DNA of 64,000 nt from a bacterium BMS3Abin15 (lineage in GTDB: Bacteria > Patescibacteriota > Minisyncoccia > Moranbacterales > 2-12-FULL-40-10), in assembly GCA_002923195.1 (NCBI GenBank), contig BDTH01000035.1, forward strand, positions 1,146-65,145, written 5' to 3'. Below the pieces are notes generated by a model. The model saw only the letters and a list, made by a program, of their open reading frames with translations. It was not told where the DNA came from and did no database searches. The position numbers and the translations under genes were made by a program. How positions within the stretch are numbered: the first letter of the stretch is position 1; the number at the start of each line of letters is the position of its first letter. Below, one piece after another: positions 20,392-27,548 of this stretch.

Positions 20392-20691
20392 TTGCATCGC
20401 GATTTTCCCAAGACCGAACGCTATGGTTTGGGACGCAGAATTGATAATCTGTTTTTGGAAATCCTTGAGCTAAGTTTCACTGCCGCCTATCTCCCACCGG
20501 AGCATAAAATAATTTTCTTAGGTAAAACTATATCCCGTTTGGATGTTTTAAAATTCTTTCTGCAAACCGCGTGGGAAAATAAGCTCGTTCCTACTGATAA
20601 ATATGCCGAACTTTCTAAAAGATTGGAGGAAATTGGGCGGATGCTCGGCGGATGGAAAAAGGGACTGCAAAAGAAAACTCCCGCTACATAA
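20392..20691 (+). CDS. avd: Avd-like four-helix-bundle protein (23S rRNA IVS protein family), N-terminally interrupted
   Basis: FPKTERYGLGRRIDNLFLEILELS...LDVLKFFLQTAWE...EEIGRMLGGW pattern. The homologous frame continues upstream to 20326. An ATG at 20322 is out of frame by one nt across a C9 run (see findings). Confidence 0.7.
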   Translation: MHRDFPKTERYGLGRRIDNLFLEILELSFTAAYLPPEHKIIFLGKTISRLDVLKFFLQTAWENKLVPTDKYAELSKRLEEIGRMLGGWKKGLQKKTPAT

Positions 20692-20712
20692 GCAGGAGAA
20701 ATACAATAGTTT

Positions 20713-20831
20713 CGGGAGAACACCTGGTTGCCATTGTTCCACTCATTCGGATTCTCAACGGAGCAAGCATCCACGCTCCAGCCGACGCCATCCCAGCTGC
20801 AGCGGACCGTGCTAAGCACACCAGTCGTTCT
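20713..20831 (-). repeat. DGR template repeat (TR)
   Basis: About 115-119 nt match to 21168-21286. This copy carries A (minus strand) at nearly all mismatched positions and contains AAY codons (NPNEWNNGN). Confidence 0.85.
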
Positions 20832-21148
20832 CGTGCAAAAAACCATCCGCGCCACCATCCTTTGAATACTCTCCGGATTGAATCTTATTCGGGACTTCGA
20901 AGTCCGCCAGTTTCTTGCACCAATTCATGTATTTTTTGAAAGAAATTATTTCCATACTCTCGCGTAAGCCTTAACCGACGCAACTCTCGCAAAAATAATC
21001 CCAAAGCCATGACGCAAAAGCCGTAGCCGTTGCGTATCGCATGATTTCGGTTTTATTATATCAAAAATAAAAGACCCCCTCAAACTTCTGCAGATTTTGC
21101 AAAAATTCGAGAGGGTCAAAGTGTCAAAGAATCAAAGATTCAAAAGAT

Positions 21149-21811
21149 CTAAGATTCAGAGGAATTGCGGGAGAACACCTGGCCGCCACTGCTCCACTCA
21201 TACGGACTCCCAAAGGAGCAAGCACCCACGCTCCAGCCGACGCCATCCCAGCCGCAGCGGACCGTGCCAAGCACACCAGTCGGACAGTAAATATAGAAAA
21301 TATTGGCATATCCGTTAGTGAGTAAATCGCCTTTTTCGCCGTTTGGCTGCATTTCCATAAGGGCAAACATTTCAGCGAGGGTGGTTTCCGCTTTTTTGTC
21401 TCCACCCAGTTCGGCGATGATTGGCTTATCAACCGAACTCTTGCGCAATTTGTGATAACGAAGCGTGATTTCTGGAATCACCTCCTCGGTTTTACCAAGG
21501 AAATTTTTCCGGAAATTATCTCCAAGATAGGAAATTTTCACTTTCGCTTTCTTGCTCGTGTCTACGACAAAATGGTCGCGGGCGATGAATTCTTCGGTTG
21601 TCGCAGGGATAGTGACAGTACTGACGAGATCGAGAATATTTTCAGATCTCGGTTCAGTTTCTTGTCTACCTTGAATTGCTCTTATAAAAAGAGCAATTGC
21701 GTCAGTGGTGTTTTGGATAACCCACTGGCCATCTTCCTTTGATAATGGAGCAAGCTTATTTTGGTGCTCCACTAATGATGCTACTAATTTGGGAATCTGT
21801 TGTTCGGTCAT
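21149..21811 (-). CDS. DGR variable (target) protein, 220 aa, VR at extreme C-terminus
   Basis: SD aaggagg upstream of the ATG. C-terminal 40 aa (PTGVLGTVRCGWDGVGWSVGACSFGSPYEWSSGGQVFSRN) are encoded by VR. No signal peptide or TM helix seen. Confidence 0.85.
   Translation of the reverse strand: MTEQQIPKLVASLVEHQNKLAPLSKEDGQWVIQNTTDAIALFIRAIQGRQETEPRSENILDLVSTVTIPATTEEFIARDHFVVDTSKKAKVKISYLGDNFRKNFLGKTEEVIPEITLRYHKLRKSSVDKPIIAELGGDKKAETTLAEMFALMEMQPNGEKGDLLTNGYANIFYIYCPTGVLGTVRCGWDGVGWSVGACSFGSPYEWSSGGQVFSRNSSES
21168..21286 (-). repeat. DGR variable repeat (VR)
   Basis: Cognate of TR. Differs at TR adenine positions (A to G x9, A to T x1 in the 115-nt core). Confidence 0.85.
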
Positions 21812-22089
21812 AATTTCCTCCTTTTGTTGAACCGTTTTTACAGACTTAATATTATTCCGCCAAAGGCGGAATTTGTTAAATTACCATCGCCTATTTTAAG
21901 ACGATGCTCTATTATATATCAAAACACAGAAAAAGTCAATAGCAGTTTTTGGCTTAAACAGGGCGAATTTTGCGGCTAATACGTCGTGTTAGCCGATAAA
22001 TTTTACTCCTCCATTATTTCCTCTCCTTAGCAAGGGTAGGATAGAAATGGGGTCTTTGCAGCAGTTCGGCTGTTAAAAATCTAAAAACA

Positions 22090-22123
22090 TATTATACCAA
22101 ACAAATATTCCCTTTACTAGCAT
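22090..22123 (-). promoter_or_regulatory. promoter-like module, copy 1 (upstream of DGR target gene)
   Basis: 34-nt exact copy of 22945-22978. Minus strand reads TAGTAA-N17-(TGg)TATAAT, an extended -10. Confidence 0.5.
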
Positions 22124-22243
22124 TGTTTCATTATTATATTCATCCTATCATTATATATTCTCTTTCATCGTATATGCGAGGAAAGAGAATATATTTTCGG
22201 ATCTGTTTTTAATTCTGTTTATTTTTCTCTATATTTATTCGCT

Positions 22244-22867
22244 CTACATCTTGAAAGATTTTTTGACTACTTCTTCGTGAAGCAGGTTTTCGGCCTTGAT
22301 AATTTCCACATATTTCTCTACTTTGAACATTTCAGAAATAAATAATATTTCATCCTCACATTCATAAGGTATTATCCAGACGCTTTTTTGAAGCTGCTTA
22401 AAGCCGAGATTTTTCATTTTGTTCCTTAAAGCCTCCCGGGCGGAATTATATTTAATTGGAATATCGAAAATAACAATCCGCCATTTTCCATCCCACAATT
22501 TCGGCTTTTTTATGGAAACTGAACCAAGGGCCATTTTAAATATCCGTTTTTTTCCTAAATTCGTCAGCTTGACTACAATTTTCCCGTTTTTTTCTCTGAT
22601 TATTTTTATGAATTTTTTTCTTTTCAGCTTAGCAATAGCATTTGATACTTGTTTCTTGGAATATTTTTTAATCGGTTTTCCTTTATCACTTTGAAAGCTT
22701 TCTACTAATCTAAAAATATTAGGCACTACTGCTCCCACAAAAACCACTCCTCCTAAGGCTAAAGAGGCCAGCAGTAGTTTTGTAATTGTGGACGGAACAG
22801 AGTCAGAGTGAAGAAAATCTTCTATTCTTTCTCCTATCGGAATTTTTGTTTCTTTTTCCCTTGGCAT
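22244..22867 (-). CDS. PaaX-like / Cas2-fold-domain putative regulator with N-terminal TM helix
   Basis: wHTH-like segment (SNAIAKLKRKKFIKIIREKNGKIVVKLTNLGKK) followed by WRIVIFDIPIKYNSAREALRNKMKNLGFKQLQKSVW, the PaaX middle-domain pattern. Confidence 0.55.
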   Translation of the reverse strand: MPREKETKIPIGERIEDFLHSDSVPSTITKLLLASLALGGVVFVGAVVPNIFRLVESFQSDKGKPIKKYSKKQVSNAIAKLKRKKFIKIIREKNGKIVVKLTNLGKKRIFKMALGSVSIKKPKLWDGKWRIVIFDIPIKYNSAREALRNKMKNLGFKQLQKSVWIIPYECEDEILFISEMFKVEKYVEIIKAENLLHEEVVKKSFKM

Positions 22868-22944
22868 TTTTTTAGCTATGTCTTAATTCTTTACTAATTT
22901 GTAACTATAACAACCGCTTTATACTACCTTAACTGTATTATATT

Positions 22945-22978
22945 TATTATACCAAACAAATATTCCCTTTACTAGCAT
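22945..22978 (-). promoter_or_regulatory. promoter-like module, copy 2 (upstream of PaaX-like gene)
   Basis: 34-nt exact repeat of 22090-22123. Further degenerate similarity continues on one side. Confidence 0.5.
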
Positions 22979-23207
22979 ATACGAGAAAAGAGGATATTGA
23001 ATTATTAGAATTGGTGTAAAGACAGACTAAAGAATATTAAAAAAATAATTGGGGGCTAAATTTTACCTGGTGACAGAGCAGGGATCACTACTAGCCTCGA
23101 CTAACGCGAGTCTGGGAAGACAGGGCAAGTATCTCCATTAGATCTTAAATTCTATGACCCCAGTAGCAGAACCTTCGGCTCGCTACGGGGCAGGCATCCC
23201 CGTCCTA

Positions 23208-24428
23208 CTAAATCTTAAATTCTATGACATCGCCATCAGCGACTATATATTCTTTCCCCTCTGTTCTCATCCAACCTAACTCCTTGGCCTTTGCCCAAGA
23301 GCCTGCTTCTAATAATTTTTCCCAGTTAATTATATCGGCTCGGATGAATTTTTCCTGGAAATCATTATGAATAGCCATTCCTGCTTCAGGTGCAGTAGAA
23401 TCTTTTTTGACTGTCCAAGCCCGCGTTTCGTCCTCGCCTGTGGTAAGAAATGTAATAAGGCTTAATAATTCATATGATTTCAAAATAAGCTTATTAAGCC
23501 CGGTTTCCAAATTCAATTCTTTTTTTTCTTTTTCCGTCATTTCTCCCATCTCTTCTTCAATTTTAATGTCTAGTTTTACCCCCACACCAAATTTATTTTT
23601 TATAACAATATTATCAGTAGAATAATCCGTATATTTATCTTTAAAATTATCACTTCCGGTAGTATTTTTGGTGTGGGGGTGAATATAACTTTTATTTTCT
23701 AATCCTTTTGGAAGTTTTTCATCAAAATCTGAAATATTGTAGGCATACAAAAATGGCTTCATCGTAAGTAAGGATAATTCATTAACCGCAGCATCAACAA
23801 TTTCATCTTTCATATCAAGCTCTGTTTCATTGGCTAATTTTTCTTCTTCTAATGTTTTTTTAATTTTTTCTGTAATTTCCAGCTTCTTCGCCGCTTCCCC
23901 GCCTGCAACGCTATGCCAGCCCGCAGTAGATACAGCGTTTCTGGCGGGCGTAGCATTGCGGGCAGGTTTGTCATTCCCGCGTGCTTCTTTTTGCAACTTT
24001 TCTATTCTTTTATTTACTGTTTCAAGATCAGCTATTATGAGCTCGGCATTAATAATCTCTATGTCGTTTAAAGGATCTATCTTGTTATGTACGTGGGTAA
24101 TTTTAGAATTCTCAAATACTCTTACCACTTGAATAATAGCATCCACTTCCCGAATGTGAGATAAAAACTTATTTCCCAATCCTTCGCCATCCGCCGCGCC
24201 CTTAACTAGGCCTGCGATATCCACAAATTCAATAACAGTGGGAATTATTTTCTCACTCTTTGACATTTTAGCTAATTTTTCCAAGCGCTCATCCGGAACC
24301 TTCACTACTCCCACATTGGGTTCAATAGTACAGAAGGGATAGTTATTTATATCCACCGGATTATTAGTCAACGCTTTAAATAAAGTAGACTTTCCCACAT
24401 TAGGAAGTCCGACTATTCCAATTTTCAC
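23208..24428 (-). CDS. ychF: ribosome-binding ATPase YchF (Obg-like GTPase family) carrying an in-frame GC-rich insertion
   Basis: [21 protein letters not shown] (GTG start), [10 protein letters not shown]-terminal TGS-like RAWTV...GDVIEFKI. 406 aa. Confidence 0.9.
   Translation of the reverse strand: MKIGIVGLPNVGKSTLFKALTNNPVDINNYPFCTIEPNVGVVKVPDERLEKLAKMSKSEKIIPTVIEFVDIAGLVKGAADGEGLGNKFLSHIREVDAIIQVVRVFENSKITHVHNKIDPLNDIEIINAELIIADLETVNKRIEKLQKEARGNDKPARNATPARNAVSTAGWHSVAGGEAAKKLEITEKIKKTLEEEKLANETELDMKDEIVDAAVNELSLLTMKPFLYAYNISDFDEKLPKGLENKSYIHPHTKNTTGSDNFKDKYTDYSTDNIVIKNKFGVGVKLDIKIEEEMGEMTEKEKKELNLETGLNKLILKSYELLSLITFLTTGEDETRAWTVKKDSTAPEAGMAIHNDFQEKFIRADIINWEKLLEAGSWAKAKELGWMRTEGKEYIVADGDVIEFKI
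23897..23966. repeat. nested GC-rich palindromic element inside the ychF coding sequence
   Basis: cccgcctgcaacgct...gcgtagcattgcgggcagg arms nearly identical to the 43091 element, with a second GC palindrome (ccagcccgc...ctggcgggc) in its loop. Translates in frame as [23 protein letters not shown]. Confidence 0.7.
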
Positions 24429-24596
24429 CCCGTTAGAAATTTTATAAGCCTATTGCTAAAAAACAACAACACTTAAAAAATATATAATTAATTAATTATA
24501 ACCCAGTTAGAATGTTAAAATTTCTAACGGGGTTCATGACATCTATTCACAAATAGTAAGTAAATGAATACTACACTAATGCAACAACATAATCAA

Positions 24597-24625
24597 CAAA
24601 AAAACTCCAAAAAAAATTAGGAGTT
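24597..24625 (-). terminator. hairpin terminator after the CNNM/CBS gene
   Basis: aactcc / ggagtt stem followed by a T-run on the minus strand. Confidence 0.5.
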
Positions 24626-24642
24626 CTGGATTTGAAATTTCA

Positions 24643-25662
24643 TTAACCGCTTAAGTTTTCCATATCAGAAATTTTTCTGGCTTCTTCCCTCATATCAACC
24701 GCTTCATCACTCTCATCAACTATTTCTCCCACCAACTGCTCCATGGCATCCTCTAAAGTAACTACGCCTAATGTAGCACCGAAGCTATCCTTCACAATGG
24801 CTAAGTGGGCCTTTTTTCTCAGAAAAAGCGTTAATAAATAGTCCGCCTTGGATTTCTCAGATACAGTGATAACCTCATGACTAAATTCAGAAATTTTTCT
24901 ATGTATCTCGTCTTTAGCCATAGCAATCAATAATTCTCTTCTGAAACAAATTCCAGTGATATCATCCTTAGTTTCATCATAAATAGGTATTCGAGAATGT
25001 TGGGCCTTATAAATCTCATTTTCCAGTTCCCCAAGTGATTTATTTTCTTCAAAAGCAGTTATTACTGTTCTGGGTGTCATAATATCCTTAGTTAAAATGT
25101 CATTCAGCTTAAAAACTTTTTGAATAAGATCTTTCTCGTCCTTTTCGATAGATCCCTCTAAATGACCCAGGTGGCTCAAAACTTTTATTTCATCCTCAGA
25201 AACTATTGTCCTCTTTATGGTAAACTTGCTAGTTATTTTTTCAAGAAACCAAACAATGGGAGTAAGGATTGTGGTAATAAATAAAAGGGGCTCGGCAACA
25301 ATCAGTCCTATTTTTTCCGCATTATTTTCTCCGATACTTTTGGGAATAATTTCTCCGAAGATAATAATCAAAAATGTAAGTGCTCCAGAAATAACTCCCA
25401 GCCAGGCGTTTCCCAGAGTATTGGTGGCCAAAACACCAACCAAGATGCTTCCAGCAATATTTACAATATTATTAAAAATAACAATGGTGGTTATCGGCCG
25501 GCTTATTTTCTTTTTTATCTCTAAGAGAAATTTTGATCCCTTCTTGCCTTGTTTTTCCAGAGTCATAGCTCTACTTAAAGAAACTGAAAACAACGCTGCC
25601 TCTATCCCCGAGAAAACAGCTGAACCTATAATGATTATGATAATGGTTACTGCTAAAAGCAT
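24643..25662 (-). CDS. CNNM/DUF21 transmembrane domain plus CBS-pair protein (hemolysin/CorC-like family)
   Basis: N-terminal DUF21-like 4-TM region (GEIIPKSIG), then a CBS pair (DIMTPRTVI..., AIVKDSFGATLGVVTLEDAMEQLVGEI). Confidence 0.8.
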   Translation of the reverse strand: MLLAVTIIIIIIGSAVFSGIEAALFSVSLSRAMTLEKQGKKGSKFLLEIKKKISRPITTIVIFNNIVNIAGSILVGVLATNTLGNAWLGVISGALTFLIIIFGEIIPKSIGENNAEKIGLIVAEPLLFITTILTPIVWFLEKITSKFTIKRTIVSEDEIKVLSHLGHLEGSIEKDEKDLIQKVFKLNDILTKDIMTPRTVITAFEENKSLGELENEIYKAQHSRIPIYDETKDDITGICFRRELLIAMAKDEIHRKISEFSHEVITVSEKSKADYLLTLFLRKKAHLAIVKDSFGATLGVVTLEDAMEQLVGEIVDESDEAVDMREEARKISDMENLSG

Positions 25663-25768
25663 ATTTATACTGTTATATTACAGCCAAAAAGACATTTAGA
25701 CAAATATTAAGTTGAATAATTTAAGAGTTGATAGTAAACTTAAACTAAGTTACATAATTAAACAATTT

Positions 25769-27130
25769 ATGAATCCAGAAATTTTTAAAGCTTACGACAT
25801 TAGAGGCGTATATAATAAAGACTTTGATGATGAGCTCGCCTACAAGCTTGGACTGGCTTATAGCACCATGCGGCGCGGAGAATTGGATAATAAAGAGGAT
25901 ATTCAGATAGTAGTTGGAATGGATATGCGTGTCTCGTCATCTGCTCTTAAGGAAAAATTGATTAAAGGGCTAACCGACGGCGGAGTGAATGTTATAGATA
26001 TTGGACTATCCTCTACTCCCACTTTTTATTTCGCCGTGGCTCATTTCAAATATGACGGTGGCATTATCGTTTCTGCCTCTCATAATCCCAAAGAATATAA
26101 CGGATTTAAATTGGTTCGCGATAAGGCGCTTTCAATAGGGAAAGAAACAGGAATATTTAACTTGCGCGCTATGGTCGTTGAAGATAAGCTTAAAAAAGCA
26201 GACAAAAAAGGCACTGTTGTCAAAAGAGAGGATGTTTTAGAAGAACAGATAAAGTACGATTTGAACTATGCAGATATTAAGAATATAGAACCATTTAAAA
26301 TTGTCATTGATACCGCTAATGCAATGGGATCATTATATTTTGATGCACTATTTAAACACCTGCCATGCGAGGTTGTAAAAATGAATTGGAAACTGGATGG
26401 AACTTTCCCTTCACATGAAGCCGATCCGCTGAAGCCGGAGAATATGGAGGATCTGGGAAAAAAAGTCTTGGAAGAAAAAGCTGATTTAGGGATTGCTACT
26501 GATGGAGACGGGGATAGAATATTTTTTACGGATAATGAGGGGAAAATAGTTGAGCCGGGAATTGCCCGAGCCATACTTTGTAAATTATTTTTGCTTGAAA
26601 ATCCAGGAGCCAAAATTGCTTATGATATAAGGCCAGGGAGGATAACTCCTGACACAATAACAGAAAATGGCGGTACCCCTATCGTCACTCGCGTGGGGCA
26701 TTCTTTAATAAAAACCCAAGCAATTAAAGAAGGCGCTGTTTTCGCCGGCGAGTCATCTGGGCATTTCTTTTTAAATATGGACGAGGGCTGCTATGAAATT
26801 CCATTAATTGTCACTCTGAAAATACTGGAAGAACTATCCAGAAGCAATCAAAGCTTTTCCAATTACATAAAGCCCTATAAGAAATATTTTAATTCGGGTG
26901 AAATAAATTCAGAAGTTTCCGACCCGCTGGCTAAAATAACAGAAATTAAAAATCGCTATGCGGACGCTAAGCAAAATGAATTAGACGGAATTACTATTGA
27001 ATATCCGGATTATTGGTTTAATGTCCGTCCGTCCAATACCGAACCGCTTTTGAGGCTTAATTTGGAAGCTGTATCGCAAGAGATTATGGAGGAAAAGAGG
27101 GACGAGTTATTAAAATTAATAAGAGGATAG
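25769..27130 (+). CDS. phosphomannomutase/phosphoglucomutase
   Basis: Active-site loop SASHNPKEYNGFK, metal loop ATDGDGDR, GESSGH. Start set at MNPEIFKAYDIRG. Confidence 0.9.
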   Translation: MNPEIFKAYDIRGVYNKDFDDELAYKLGLAYSTMRRGELDNKEDIQIVVGMDMRVSSSALKEKLIKGLTDGGVNVIDIGLSSTPTFYFAVAHFKYDGGIIVSASHNPKEYNGFKLVRDKALSIGKETGIFNLRAMVVEDKLKKADKKGTVVKREDVLEEQIKYDLNYADIKNIEPFKIVIDTANAMGSLYFDALFKHLPCEVVKMNWKLDGTFPSHEADPLKPENMEDLGKKVLEEKADLGIATDGDGDRIFFTDNEGKIVEPGIARAILCKLFLLENPGAKIAYDIRPGRITPDTITENGGTPIVTRVGHSLIKTQAIKEGAVFAGESSGHFFLNMDEGCYEIPLIVTLKILEELSRSNQSFSNYIKPYKKYFNSGEINSEVSDPLAKITEIKNRYADAKQNELDGITIEYPDYWFNVRPSNTEPLLRLNLEAVSQEIMEEKRDELLKLIRG

Positions 27131-27320
27131 TTGACACCATTCTTATAATTGTATTAATTTACTAAGAACTGTTTGCCCCGTTAGAAAATTGTGTGAGGCA
27201 TGAAACTTATGGCCACAAGAACTGTTTAAGCTTTCAACTAAACATAGTAAATCGTATAACATATTTCTAACGGGGTTAATCTGTTCTTTTTTAATTTTAA
27301 ATTCACAGGGAGGTATAATT

Positions 27321-27455
27321 ATGAGTGAAAAATTTGCCATAAGTAAAACTAATTCGGGAACAAAGTCAGTAAGGGAAGCAATGAAGGGAAGCAAGAAAAT
27401 AAAACGCCATAAGCTAAAAAAGAAAACAGCAAGAGCTGCCGCAAAAAGAGAATAA
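27321..27455 (+). CDS. small basic protein, 44 aa (not in ORF track)
   Basis: Strong SD agggaggtataatt-ATG. ORF MSEKFAISKTNSGTKSVREAMKGSKKIKRHKLKKKTARAAAKRE, followed directly by a hairpin terminator. Confidence 0.6.
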   Translation: MSEKFAISKTNSGTKSVREAMKGSKKIKRHKLKKKTARAAAKRE

Positions 27456-27462
27456 AAGTTAA

Positions 27463-27494
27463 AAAAGAGAGTTATCCGAACGGACACTCTCTTT
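27463..27494 (+). terminator. rho-independent terminator after the small ORF
   Basis: aaaagagagt ... actctctttt stem followed by a T-rich tail. Confidence 0.7.
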
Positions 27495-27548
27495 TAATTT
27501 ATAAGAAATATATATTCACGTACATATGTTCTTACGCATGTAAGGACA

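Noticed and set aside
20487-20939. ORFs 20487..20858(-), 20548..20742(-), 20603..20815(+) and 20652..20939(+) overlapping TR and avd
   Set aside because: The 123-aa minus ORF is the TR read in the VR frame and continued antisense through avd. The others are alternative-frame read-throughs of the GC-richer TR. TR is a template, not a gene.
20812-20955. 47-aa minus-strand ORF (MEIISFKKYMNWCKKLADFEVPNK...) between target and TR as an extra DGR accessory gene
   Set aside because: It has a weak SD, is short, and runs into TR out of frame. There is no recognisable family, so it cannot be supported.
21097-21432. ORFs 21097..21318(+) and 21124..21432(-) over the VR region
   Set aside because: These are antisense or out-of-frame translations of the target gene's 3' end. 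The 220-aa ORF 21149..21811 has the SD and the VR in frame.
23040-23135. Possible SRP (4.5S) or other small RNA in the ORF-free region downstream of ychF
   Set aside because: I looked for the SRP helix-8 signature (GGAA tetraloop with flanking AGCA / GGCAG context) and for end-to-end pairing. Only loose resemblance was found (gggaagacagggcaag). It is not supportable without a covariance-model scan.
27143-27487. 114-aa minus-strand ORF
   Set aside because: It is antisense to the SD-led 44-aa ORF and its terminator, and it spans the CCCCGTTAGAAA inverted-repeat pair. The product is hydrophobic and low-complexity.
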